Assembly: GCA_030141605.1 (NCBI GenBank)
Contig: JAQGDQ010000053.1
Location: 248,001 to 312,000, forward strand
Direction of reading: 5' to 3'
Length of the DNA stretch: 64,000 nt
DNA from: Tubiluchus corallicola
Taxonomy: Eukaryota; Animalia; Priapulida
The position numbers were made by a program, and so were the translations under genes. Positions within the stretch are counted from its first letter, which is position 1; every line of letters begins with the position of its first letter. Of this stretch, positions 1-13,281 are shown piece by piece. The notes under the pieces are model-generated. The model was given only the letters and a program-made list of their open reading frames with translations, was not told where the DNA came from and searched no databases.

Positions 1-841
1 ATCTAAAATTGGTTTTGGTTGGGGCGGACTATCTTCCTAAAATAATTATGAGCAGAATTTAACAATGTACAACAATATACATGGTAATTTGACAAACAAA
101 GATAAAATTGTAAACTATAGAGGGTTTTAGAGCATAAACGGTGAACTGTTAAAAAGTTTTTATCTTACTGGAAGCTAAATCATCTAAGAATATACAAGAA
201 CTATGAAAATCAATAAATGTTGTGACTTAGCCATTGGTGTGTGGCTGAATGGTCCTCAGAATATTTTCTGCTATTTCTTTTGTGGCACACCTCGGCTATG
301 AAATTTCTGCATTCTGTAATCTGTTACCGTATTATGGAGCTGTTATGAATTTTATTGTCGTATGACTTTAACTGACTCTTCGTATTTTTATATATTCTTA
401 AATGATTCTGTTTCTAATAAGGTAAAAAGTGTTTATTCACCTTTTGTGCAGTAAAAGTTACAATTTTGTTTTTGTTTGTCAAATAAACTATGTAAATTAC
501 TGTAATGTTTAATTCTGGTATTTAATTATTTCAGCCCTGGCGATGGCCCATCTAAAACAGGCATGTATGAGTTCTGAATAAATTCTGCATTGTTTGCCAA
601 ACATGGGAAAAGACTCTCCAGAATGTTTTGTAAATAATCATTTGAGGCACCCTGGTCTATAATTATATCATTACCACGCTATGAACCTACATCTAAATTT
701 GGAATTTGTCCAACATTCCGCATTGACAGAAACCACAATATTTTGAAAATTTTCTCTAATAAAGTAAGATACAGTAAGCCAAGGTGCATTATATTTCATT
801 TGACATGCATAAACTGATATGATTAAATATAATTTTTCTAC

Positions 842-1097
842 CTGCAGTGTATCCTCATCCATTACAAATGTGCCATGTTCATATAACCAAACTCCACTGG
901 ACTCTTGAATAGGAGGCCCAAAACCTCCAAAGAAAAATAACCTGCACAATATACACAACATAGAAATTAAAAACAAGCAACATTCATTTGCAGATAAAAC
1001 GTATTAGTTAAGTATAATATGTAAAGGCTTATACAATCTTCACTTACCTCTACAAGACCCTAATTGTAAAATAATTGTTAAAGAAGGGCAGTATAAT

Positions 1098-1141
<44 letters not shown>

Positions 1142-4100
1142 CAATCATCCTTTTTTTGATAACACCATAACTTTTGATCTCTAGGCTTGTGTGTATTTTA
1201 ACCATATTCCTTATTCAAGATGAGATTTTTTTGTTAACAAGCGGGCTAATAACAATTAACTCTAGTAATGAAAGACAACTGTAAACAAGTGAATTTATTA
1301 ACTGGAACCTTTCTTCGTGGCAAAATCCAGCAGCTTTGTCTCTCGGAGCAGGAACTTGGCCATTAGGAACAATTAACTGCCAAGTCATGGTCTTCAGATC
1401 AAGCTTGTGTAGTTCAGTATAAGAGTAAGAGCAGTACCCGGCATACAGATACAAGGACTTTCCCATAAGAACAGCACAAGCGCCAGATAAGCCTGGCGGG
1501 GTGTGTGGTGGATCACATTTCTGTTCTAAAGAGTGCCTAAAATGAAATCAACTGTGTTTGTACACAAAATTATGTACACAACTGCAAAGAGTAATCACAA
1601 TGGCTTTTAATGATTTCATTTTTTTACTTTTTCTAGACAACCCATTTGCTACAAATATGGCCACACTACATCACGAAAAACACTGTGTGCAATTTGCTGG
1701 CAAAAATGGTAAATGTTATAGACTAGTCACCTCAAGTTAATTCAGCAGTAGCTGTTAAGTCACTGCAGCCTTTCAACTGTTTATGTATGTACAGGAATTC
1801 ATTATTTATCGTAACATGTTTTAATAAACTGTTTATGTACTCACTTACTTACTCTTTAATAGTACGTTCAAACATAGAGACTTATCTTGCAAGTTTCTAC
1901 ATCTGAACGCACTATAACAGTTTTTAACGCATATGTGATTTCATATGAATAAAGGTTTTAAAGGCAATAATACCCAAATACTATGTTGTGTATTCAATCT
2001 AGACTATTTAAAAAAATAATATATGTTGTAGGGATGTTAACGATAATGATACATATCCTTAATTATTGTGTCGATAATTATTGATTATCGTATGAATACG
2101 AGAAATTTGTTTTTGTCGTTTTATCGATATTATTCCAAGAATATGTCTATCGTGTCAAATTTGTTACATATCGCTGCTTAACGCTCACATGTTTAAAATC
2201 ATTTCACTTTCCTTTTCATTTATGCACTGGAATTACAAAAAAAATAAATAAAAAAAGTTGGTTGCAAGGTTGTTTGATTAATTTTCCTGTACTTTCTTCC
2301 TGCAAAAGCAGCTGTATTCAGTCAGTTTAGTGCTATGCGAATGCCAAGTATGGTATTTTTAGAAGCATTTTCCTAGTTATGTGCAGGAAATACAGCTCAC
2401 ATAAATAAATATATTATTTAGAAATAAATCTATACGTAGCATATTTACCTATCGCAGCTCACATATTAATATTATTTTATGAATAAATAAAAAAGAAAAC
2501 TTTGTCATAGACTACAAGTATCAAATGCATTAATCGGGAAATAGCCTTAAATGTGGTGGTTCAATACACTGAGACACCCTGCACAATAACTAAGTAAGCT
2601 AACCACATGTTCAGTATTGTTTATATCATTCGAAATACTTTATCGTATCGAATTGTGCCATCTGAAAAACAAATTAACAATATCGTATTGCTGGAAAAAA
2701 ATCGTATTGTTTCTCTTTGTATCGTAAATGAGCATCATTTCACATCTCTAGCATGTTGTATATTTTGATATCACTCATTCTTAAAAGGTTGTGAAACTAC
2801 ACGTTTGTAATTTCCAGTAAGATGTTGAAAAAATCATTATATTATAATTTGTTACAGGTATTATAAGGCACTCAATTTAAAAATAAACAGTTTTGCACAT
2901 TTTTGTTAAACTTATAGTGCATGTGTAGACAAGGCAATTTCACATTTTAACAAAGGTAATAATTAATGCAATGCTGGCATGCTGATATTACAATGATTCT
3001 GCACTCACCAATTTTCAGTTTCTGTATTATATATTTCCAGTTTGTTTCTTGGTATGTAGCCATGTCCATGAGCTTGACTCTATAAATTCGTTTAATTTCA
3101 CAACTTCAAATAAAAATAAACTACCATATTTTTCTCATATAAGTGAATTTCTTCCAACAAAACTATGCTAAAACAGCTGCATCTTATATGATGAATGTAG
3201 AGGTCTAATGAATGTAAGCCAGAACTCTTATTACTATACTCATAAGAGTAATATATTAACAGCAACTGATATGTGAGTCCTTTATTACACATAAAATGAT
3301 TACAGGCGAAATTCCAAAAACACAGTTGACTTTTTTAAATTGCAATTTGTACAGTCTTCTATTGTGCAAATACTAAAGCGCTCCCCTTGAGCAAGTTCAT
3401 AACTTGATAGCCCAGAAGCTATCAATTCAATTCAGTTTATTTGCTCAAATATGTAAAGAATACATACATTGGCAAAATGAGCTATGTCTTAACTACAACT
3501 ATTAGTCCATTACGTCAAGTACTTCGCTAAATTAACACATGCATACTTACAAAGAATAATAAGTGAAATAATTAATAACTCAGCCCAATACTTAAAAGCC
3601 CATATTTACATAGACAAACTATGTGCAAACAGCATTCCTTACGATTGTTTATGTATTATTATTTACGCTAGCTTGCCAAGTATCGTCTAATAAGTCAAAA
3701 TTAATTGTTACGTTTGACTTTTTAGTTATCCTTGACATGCATGGCTAAAACCAACTTTAATTGCAGTATGAAATTATGCCGTTTCGCAGTTAAATACACT
3801 TCCATATTTTAGCCCATTTTAACAGTTATGGAAAATTATGCCAAAAAAGAATCTCTAGCAGAGAACTGTTTAGCTTCCCATTAATTAGTCAACTGCTGCT
3901 TCAAATTCGAAAATTTTTCAAATTGTTAATTACACAATACTCCTGTTTTTTGGATATTGTGAATGGAAACAGCAGTTCTTTTTAGTAATTTATAGTAGCG
4001 TTTCCACGAAATGCTCTTTAAATGTATCTTATCATCGTCTAAACTGGTTCAATAAACTTGAACCAAGCCAAACGACAATCTTCGCCAAGAAGTTGTCAGT

Positions 4101-5840
4101 ACTTATCACAATGTAACTGAGAACATCACACCATTTCTACACCATATGCAAAAGAATGTGGTGTGGATGAGTGTCTAAATGCAACCGAAACCCACAGACA
4201 GTATTAGACTGAACTATCTGATGTCACATTCTAGCACACAAAATAACTTTTTGCCAGTGAAAATAATTGAAATGAGGTATTTTTAACATTAATTGCCATG
4301 TGCAAATTCCTTTTCCTATGATAATATTAGTCTAACTGACAAAATCTTAAAGTTGAGATTTCAATTCAAATAAATTTCTTTAAGAACGCAAGTTCCTCCG
4401 AAGTTTGGTACAAGCTGAGGCCTAAAACTTTTTTTAATTTTGCCCAGCAAAATGGAGAATGTGTCTTACATGCCAATGTGTCTTATTTGGCAAAAAATGA
4501 CAACAACTATTGACAAAAACACATTTTAGCATGTATGCAACACAAAGACCAATATTTTTAAACTATTATCAAAGTACCATGGTTACCTCATTAAAGCCTC
4601 CCCATACAAGAAGGAATTTCTCATAACATGCGGAAATATGGCCAGATCTTGGTTCTGGTATCAGTTTGGTGAAAAAATGGTCAATGTCAGTAAATGCATA
4701 CTCATGATCATATGGTTCATCTACACGTGCATCATCTAATTCATCATCACTTGCATCATCATCATCGTGTAGGTATTGTTCATAATCATCAACTACGAAT
4801 TAGAAACAAAATGTAAAAAGTCTAGCATCTCCAGTACAATCTTCATAGTTCCATACAAGTTCGATTCTTGGCCAGAAGTCTGGAGTAACAGGCCATAGTA
4901 TACCCCCCAGTCCAGACTATACCCGGGGTCTAAAGCGGCCTAAGCTAGATTATGCCACAGGTATATTATGGCCAATTAATTCATACCCCCAGGTCAGATT
5001 AAACCTCCATGATATCAGCAGTGTTGAGTGATATACACAAGAATTACTTTTTAAACATTTTATTGTGGTTTCAGCTTCATCAGGTAAGTTAAGTGAGAAA
5101 GCTAACTGACTTAAATCTTGAAATAAGACCACAGTTTTGAACACATAGACTTTTATTACTTTAACCAGAAAAATCACAATCAGTAAAAATATTAGACCCA
5201 ACAAAGATCAAAGATTACTACCACCCTTCTAGGTAGTATTTACTCATTAAAATAAAAGCACATACCCAAAACAACATAATGCAATTGTAACATAATGTTC
5301 AATTAATTTCACTGTTCATAATATCATAAAAGTTATAACCTACAAGAGGGGTATTTTTGGCCTGACTGGGTATATCCCCAAGGTATACTCTTGCCTGGGC
5401 TAAACTATACATGAGCTTAATCCGAGCAGGAGTTAATCTGGCCTATTATGCCAGGACACAATTTGGATTTGCATACACTTACATTTTGAAAATTGTTTAA
5501 ACCAAATGTAAGTTTGTCTACCAGCAATACAGCTCTGAAAGAAACAAAATGAGTGTTTCTGAGAGACAACAAGCCCTGAAAACATTAACATGGCGGATGT
5601 ATTTTTGGGAATCTGAACAACATGAGAAATGGAAAATCTGCATGTTTTGGTCACCGTGACATATATGGCCAATTGGCCATTGTGGATTTTCCATTACTTT
5701 TCAATGTATATTAAATGACAATTTAAAAAGAGAAATCAAAGTACAACTTGGCACAATCATGAAAGCATAGTGAATATTAAAATTATAATCTGGATAAAAG
5801 TACAGAAAACATTCTTACCTTCATGCTCTTCCTCCTCCAT
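842..5840 (-). CDS. KLHDC2: Kelch domain-containing protein, KLHDC1/KLHDC2-like (5' part; gene probably continues left of the window)
   Basis: Spliced exons (-): 5840-5819 (MEEEEHE), 4792-4587 (acidic tract, then PEPRSGHISACYEKFLLVWGGFNE), 3079-3009 (YIPRNKLEIYNTETENW), 1536-1309 (PPGLSGACAVLMGKSLYLYAGY...PAPRDKAAGF), 941-842 (RLFFFGGFG). All GT-AG with matching phases. The kelch motifs resemble KLHDC2/KLHDC1; paralog assignment is from memory of the family. Confidence 0.8.
1100..1139. repeat. (TA)n microsatellite
   Basis: About 20 TA units, directly visible. Confidence 0.95.
2029..2750. mobile_element. hAT (Ac-like) non-autonomous element/MITE
   Basis: Termini TAGGGATGT...ACATCTCTA resemble the Ac TIR. 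Flanks ATATGTTG/GCATGTTG (6/8) form a degenerate 8-bp TSD. Many subterminal ATCG/CGAT motifs. Confidence 0.65.
4880..5453. mobile_element. Probable decayed non-autonomous DNA element
   Basis: Imperfect inverted ends (CTGGAGTAACAGGCC vs reverse-complement CTGGCATAATAGGCC) and internal TATACCCC/GGGTATA repeats; no TSD found. Confidence 0.3.
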
Positions 5841-7583
5841 TCATAATATTTGGCACTTGCAATGAAAATATTGTGACTCTCAATCATCCATTACAAACTC
5901 TAGCAGAAGCTATTCGAAGAACAATCGTAAGCAGGTCAAAAACTTGATATCATAAGATCATAGGCCATAGCCTACCTTACTTACAGACATGTAAAATATT
6001 TTGAATTGCCTTAAAGTGATGAAATTGTATTACATTCCAGAATTCACACCTATAATTTTTCCTTTTTCTCTTAAATTATTTCAACATTTAGTATGACATT
6101 CATTACTCTGTTAAGTAGGGAAGCTCCTCTGGTGTATACTATGAGGTGCATTTCAGATCAATATTGACCAGGTTTTTAAGCGTTGAAAATTTGTGATTGA
6201 AATTCAATTTGTTTTCGAAAGGATTCAGTTTGTTAAAATCAATGTCTTGAAATGAGATTCAGAATCATGATATCACTCAACTGATCATGTCAACTCACTC
6301 ACTTCAAGGACACATTCATAGATAGTATAACAATTAGCCAGCAAACACCCTTAAACTCATCATTTGTAGAATGTTACTAGAACGACATGTATATATTTAC
6401 AGGCACAGAAATGAACTTTTGCAGTGAATTCAATTAAATACATTTTGTTTAATAGTATTTTCAAAATATGTACCTGTAGTAATGTTTCCTTAAAAGTTCC
6501 CAATTGCAAATGATTGGTTTAATTTAATGGCTGGAAGCTGTTGAAAGCCCCAGATTTTTTTAAAAAGTGTGCTCGTTTCAAGGTATCAGACTGTTATGTT
6601 TATTCCAATGTACTACTTGAGCTATTCGCGCAAGCTTGCTCGATATCAGCGGCTATTGCAGCACCACTTACAGTCTTTCCATGTATTACAATATATTGCC
6701 ACATACAGCAGCACTATTTAAAGTATGGCGGTACAATGCAAAGTGGTACATGGGGGTAAGTACATAGTGTGGCGGCACGTGCTGTCACAGTACATGGCGA
6801 AGTGGTACGGGGGATGTTGCATGAACACCAACGTCCAAACAGAATAACTCTGAATTGCAGTAATGAATGTCGACTAAGACTTACTCTATATCAAGCATTC
6901 TGTATCAGAAAAATATGAAAATTGAAAAGTACTTACATTAGCATAACATTTTATGGCAGCATGGTCTTGGTGTCGGTGATGATATCAGTCTTGCAAAATC
7001 ATTCTTTACATTTCAGTGTATTTGCAAAAATTTTAACTTTCTTCTAAAATACAATTTTTTACATATAGTTCTAAATTCTAATTATCATATCATAATTACT
7101 AGGCCTCTATATTTTTGTTTGTTATCATATACTCTTGCTTACTGTTACTAAAAGTCATTTTCTTTAATTCTTCAAGTTTTCCACAATTTGACACTACTTG
7201 ACTCACATTAGTATCATCGCCTAATATATTGTCAGTGTATATATTTGGGAATATACCAACTTTACTGTTAAACAGGCACTATATTTTCTTGACCACTATT
7301 ATTTGGTTTATCTAAACTTGCACAACACATGATAGGGCCCAAACCTTATTGAACTAACTTACCAGCATGAAACTGGTATATTAATCCTGCAAGTGTATCA
7401 ATTATTATTTCTGCATGCAGCACACCGTCAAGGGGGGCATTGACTTGATCAATTTTAGGAGTTTTCGTCTTTTATCTTTTAGAGTTTTGCCTAATACTGT
7501 GTGATATTACCCTGTTAGTTGTAATACTTTGGGTGTTAGCTAACAGACCATCCCATATACAATTGCTGCCACTATTACAATTA

Positions 7584-8264
7584 CATCAAGCCCTCGCTTA
7601 ACGATGGCTAATGGATTTCCAACAAAATGCGACGTTAAACAAAGCCAAGACTTCCAGAGAAAGTAATGTAAAAGAACAGAGATATGTTCCAGAGACAAAA
7701 ATCAATATTGATTACGTCACATAAGTTAAACATTTTATGAGTTATGTTCATATATCTACTGATTAATGTCTTCGTGTTTGCCTGAACCCACCTATACATT
7801 TTACTCACCAATACCTAGCTATAGCGTTTTCTCTTTCGTTAACATTTAAGCCTGGTCAGCCGTTGAACAATAAACACTGCAAAGTCAAGCCCTGGGTGAC
7901 CTTGGGAATTTTACTTAGTCTTGTTACTACAGCAAGAGGTTGCAGGCAAAATTGCTCGCTGGTCACTTGATACACAAACCACAAGTAACACAGTAGTAGC
8001 GTCTGTAGTCTAAATGGAAGCAAAAACATATATAATTACACTGTTTACATCACTAGTGCGTTTCTAGAACAGAATAATGGAATAGGTGCTGCTTTAATGC
8101 ATCAAATTAGGTAAAAATTTTGTTAATCAAATAAAAATTTGCCTTCAGCAAAGTAAAAAAACATCGTTAAAGTGAAAAGTGCGTCGTTAAGTGAAAAAAA
8201 GGTGATTGGCCATCGTTAAAACGAAACGTCATTACATGGGGAGTCGTTAAGCGAGGACTCACTG
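7584..8264. mobile_element. Tc1/mariner (Tigger/pogo-like) MITE
   Basis: TIRs share CCTCGCTTAACGA; right end is ...GGACTCACTG; TA on both flanks. Confidence 0.7.
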
Positions 8265-8354
8265 TACTTTGTTTAAAAACTTAAAAGTGAACGATATGAC
8301 CCCAAGGTTTGCAATTACTTGGTTCACGCTTGCTGGCCAAAGTATCATTACTAT

Positions 8355-8677
8355 TAGGGTGACTTTGTTCACTTGTTGGATTTTTAAAAAAATGAAACAA
8401 TACTAGCCAAATTACTAGTACTTCTGTTTAAAAAATATATGTAAAATTGAAAACATTTAATTTTTGCAAGTTATGCACCGAAATGTCATCGACTCTACGT
8501 CTAGACAGTAATACTGTTTTTGTTCTACTGAATTCCTGAACACTGAGGATGATACTGGTCGTCGCAAACATTACATACAATCCATATATCATCACCAGCT
8601 TTTCAGCTTCAATTCAGTCTTGTTTATGCACAAAACCTGCCAAAACGTTCACAAAAAAATTGAACAAAGTCACCGTG
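8355..8677. mobile_element. Unclassified MITE
   Basis: Inverted termini share GGTGACTTTGTTCA (TAGGGTGACTTTGTTCA / TGAACAAAGTCACCGTG). Confidence 0.5.
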
Positions 8678-8796
8678 ATAATAAATCCACCCCGGTTGAC
8701 AGTACTTGTTCATTTTATATAGGACAAAGATATTTTTCTTATAATCCCCTAACATCCACAATTTACAAATACTAGTACAACTACTACTAGTAGTTC

Positions 8797-9760
8797 CTAT
8801 CTGCAGCTAACAGTGTAAGATCTGCTTTGAAAGCTATATTTCACAGAAACTGTTGAACGTCTTTACACATTTACCTTAGCTATCCAAGTTGTTTTTATTT
8901 TTCCATGTTAAATTACAATAAGGTTTGCAAGTAAGACAATTCTTCTTCTGTTGCTCTAAACATCTATTGCAGACATATTCAATTCCTGCAATGCTATTGT
9001 TAGGTTTGGTTCCAGTTATTGTATAAATGTTATTAATTCTTGATATCCAGGTTGTTTTTGTTTGCCTGGGGGTCGTTTAGTAGGTTTCAGTGCCTCCTTC
9101 AATGCTAATCTTACTAGTGTTGTTTCTGGAAATCTCTATGCTATTGCTAGTTTAACTTTAACTTAAGTTTAAGCGTAAAAAACAATTAATTAATTTTAAG
9201 TAATTTTTATTGTCTTAAGCAAACCAATTTCATTCTTTTCTTCAAAATCTCATTCCACCTATTGTACGTATTGAGGTATCAACATTTATCAGAGTATTTC
9301 ACCCACTTCTATCAGCAGCTAACACCAGTGTAATTTTTTTCTATTTCTAAAGATTTGAAGTTGTTGAACATCTTTATTCATCTTAGCTTCCAAGTTGTCT
9401 TAGGCTTGCCACGTGGTTTTTTGCAAGGTTTTGGGTATTCCTTCAAGGCGATTCTTACAGGTGCTTCATTTGGAAATCTTAGAAGATGTCCTACTAAGTA
9501 CTATTAAGTATTATATCCTATAGTATTACTAGTCATCTTATTCTTAATCTTCGGATCTTGACTTGTGAACTTTAATAATTTTTTTTGTTCTCGTGTATAA
9601 ATGTTAATTTTTTATTCCGTATGGCTATCTAAAACTTTCCTAAGAAGACCTATGAAATGTGTCAATCTGCTTTTCTTGAGCAATACAATTAAAGACAATT
9701 ACTTTCACTTTTTTAGAAAATTGCAAAATCATAATACAAGAAATCTTCTCTTGCGTGTTA
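8797..9760 (-). mobile_element. Tandem decayed 3' fragments of an RTE-clade LINE
   Basis: Minus-strand translation GHLLRFPNEAPVRIALKEYPKPCKKPRGKPKTTWK (~9390-9490), a second copy RFPETTLVRLALKEALKPTKRPPG (~9050-9140), and QIDTFHR upstream. Diverged direct repeats at 8797-8895 and 9309-9400. Matches the GHxLR...RGRPKTTW C-terminus typical of RTE ORF2. Confidence 0.6.
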
Positions 9761-10424
9761 GTCTTTGGTTTGACAATTTTTTTGTAAATTCGATTATATT
9801 TTATTTTATTGCCAGCATGTACTTGGCATATTAACGGCTCTGGTACAATTTGCAAAAAAAAACCCCACAAAACTAACCACATGAATAAATCGATTCGCTT
9901 TTTTCAGATAACCAAGTGAAGCACCAGTAAAATCGCGTTAGAAAAAGCCCAAAAGCAGCACTGAAGACATTTTTAATGTAAAGGCCAATTCATGACTATG
10001 TCTACAGCTACTTCAGCAATCAATACACCATAAAATTAAAACTAAATAGGCAGAAATATGTTAGTTAGTAACCAGGTACAACGTGCGAAAGTTTTAGACT
10101 AACATCATGGCTATCTCTTGCTGGACTGTTTTATTATTACACCATAGTTATTTTTCTATTCGTTTCATGCAAGCTAGTGATGTTTTCGAAAGTCTTTCTG
10201 CCAAGTTAACCTGTGCCTCCAAAACGTGAAACAATACTCCTGACAAACAATGATAATTATTACGTTTTATCCAGCAGATCAAATTGTAAGAAAAAACACT
10301 GAATTCGTAGATGCGATCGTCAAATCCATGAGAAAATGCTGGACAGCAAAGCAACATGAGAAAGTTTGTTTTCTTGCATTTTGCCAATAATGGTCTTGAG
10401 CCTGAGTAGATGGTAGCATGACTG

Positions 10425-10460
10425 CACACACATACATGCACACGCGCCCGCACGCACACA

Positions 10461-10492
<32 letters not shown>

Positions 10493-10502
10493 CACACACA
10501 CA
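10425..10502. repeat. (CA)n/(CACG)n compound microsatellite
   Basis: Directly visible; explains the VCVCV ORFs at 10148-10635. Confidence 0.95.
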
Positions 10503-11049
10503 TGCATTCATAAATACATTCATAATTATATACACAATCTTTATGTAAAGTCGGGTGTGCAAATGAAAGACAGACCGCAAAAATGAACGTCTGGGGAAAA
10601 CATTTTTTCGAATGTGCAAATGAGATCCAAGACAAGAAATATTACTTTTTATCTTTATTATGCTCTATATTCTATGTGCTGCCTTCCAGATGATTTTTTG
10701 CCTTGTCTAGCATGATACAAAGGCGATACTGTTTTGGGCAAGGATGAACTGAAAGCAGTTCTTTGGCATTGTCGTAAGATGCTGTTAAGAATCACTGTTG
10801 CCTTTTATCTTGATTGGAACAAGACAACACTGCTGACATCGATGGTGGCATCATGTTTAGTTTGAAAAATTGTGATAATCTTGCAATTGCGACCTACAAC
10901 ATGGCCCACGTTTTGTTCAGCATACTTCAATCACAATGATCCATGTTATGCTTATAGTAAAAACTGGCAAAACTGTATCTTTCACTTCGTATTTCATTTA
11001 CATTTTTTTATATTTATCATCCATTAATTTCTACTTTTTTTACATACCA

Positions 11050-13190
11050 CGTGCTTTCAGACGATGCTTTCCATCTATCTCATTCAACAAAAAGATGGAT
11101 ATACCTCAATTTTGTTTATCGGTTTTTCATAAACCTTTTTGCCAAGTTTGTCAAGATACTTTGAATGTTAAAAAAATTTCAAACAAAAGAAAAATATGAA
11201 TATCTAGAAGATATAGGAGATCCAGAAGATATCTTACGATTCGTATCTAGAAGAGTTGTTAAAGCAATTAGGCCCAAAAGAAAGTGGTGGATGAAATATC
11301 AGGATTCACATAGTCAGCCAGCATTAAATTTTAAGAATGCTGAACCTGAAATGAAATCTCTTGTATGAGATGCTGTTAACAGGTTTTAAATAAATTTAGC
11401 AAATAATATTAAAGAGGGTACAAAAACCTTTCACAAACAGATTGATAGCAAAAAGTTGGTTAAAGAAGCTGTAGGTTCCTCTTAAGGATACTAATAAGAA
11501 TCTATAACATGAGATCCGAAATTTGTGGCAGAGATTCTTAATTCTTTGTATCAGTATTTACTAAGGAACATGACAATAATATTCCAGAGCATCATGAGAT
11601 TTCTCATGGATCAGATAATGAAATGCTTACTTCACTACAAATTTGAGAATAAATGGTTATTAATCATGTGTAAACTTAACTCAGTAAAACGTGATCCTGA
11701 TAATATTGATTCTAGATTATTAATTGAACTTGTGGAATATTTGTGTAAGCCATTCACTTCTTTGTACAATCGAAATTTGTTGACTCATTAAATACTTCAT
11801 AGTAGGAAGTTAGGAATGTAACATTTATTTTTCAGAAAGGTATGTGAAGTGATCCTGGCAACTATCGGCCCATTTCTTTAACTTTACTATAGTATGCAAA
11901 GTAATGGAATCTATTTTGCAGAGTTATATCATTCATCATTTAAAAATTATTTATTATTTGACTTTTGAGACTCAACATGGATTCAGTAAAAACCGTTCGT
12001 GTTTGACTAATCTGATTAATTTTTTGATGAAATGTTACACCTACATGCTTGATAAAGGAAGTCCTGTTTACATTATATATTTCAATTCGTCAAAACTTTT
12101 GATAAAATGCCTCATCAATGATTGCTTAAAAATGTTAAAGCCCATGGTGTTTCTGTTCATGTCGTCAGTTGGATTGAAATTAGTTGTTTGAAAGAAAACA
12201 ACGGGTCATACCTGATGGGGTTGAATTTTCTGAAAGGTTGGTGACAAGTGGTGCTCTACAGGGATCTCTGCTTGGATGGTGTTGTTCACCATTTTCATTA
12301 ATGACATTGATAAAAGGATTTACACTCACATATTTAAAAATTTGCAGATTAACAAAGCTGTTAGCAGATTCATCAGTTTTACAGCATGGTATAGAACAAT
12401 TACGTAGGTGGAGTAATCGACTGCTTTTGTTGATAGATGTGAGGGAATGATTGCAGTTTTGGGAATCTTAAAAAAGATTATGTAATGAATGAAACAACTC
12501 TTCGAGGTACAAAATCTAATAGTAAGCATGATTTTGCTGTGAAATAATAATGTCACACTTGAAATTTTTCCAACAATGTGTTTCCTCTATTAAAGAAGTA
12601 AATAAAATCCTGAGGGTGGTAAAGAAGCACAATGCTTCTAGAAATAAAGAAATTATACATTGGTTTCATTAGGTTTCACCTAAAATACTGTCGAGCTTTG
12701 GAATCCCCACTTTCAGAAAAAGTATTATTTATAGAAGGAATGTAAAGACATGCTACAAGAATATTTGGTTGTAAAATTATAATATATTTTGAAAGACTGA
12801 TGTATTAAAATTTGACCAAGTTTGACCTAAGAAGGCACCGTGGCAGTCTTATTCAAACAGGTTTATAAAATCCTGAATAATGGGGAAAAGCATTTCTTTC
12901 TCTACTTATTTTTAAATTTAGCTCCATTTATTTAAACTCTATTTTAGTTGCTGATTTAAAAGCTAGATAACATAGTTTAAGACATTTTAAAGAGCGGCCG
13001 TGTCGACATTCGTTAATATTTATTTACTGCATAATGTGAGAGTAGTGAACGAATGGAACAATTTGCCTGCCATGGTGATTGTCGCACTAAACCTAGCAAA
13101 AGTTTAAAACTTTCACAAACTATGACTTTGTGGAAAATATAGGGTTTCTATGAGTGTACTCGCTTAACCTGTAGATCACGACAGTATAAT
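11050..13190 (+). mobile_element. Decayed CR1/L2-clade LINE (reverse transcriptase region and 3' end)
   Basis: Frameshifted RT motifs DPGNYRPISL, QHGFSKNRSCLTNL, RKQRVI, VTSGALQGSLLG, FINDI, and 3' RVVNEWNNLP; many stops. Boundaries approximate. Confidence 0.85.
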
Positions 13191-13281
13191 AATAGCAGAG
13201 TAATATTGTAATATCTGAGTGCACTAAAAGATAGCAAGGACAACAGAAAAAACTCGAAGTGAAATTAATTTAACAAGTAAG

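Noticed and set aside
10148-10635. Overlapping Cys/Val-rich ORFs
   Set aside because: Translations of the CA/CACG microsatellite
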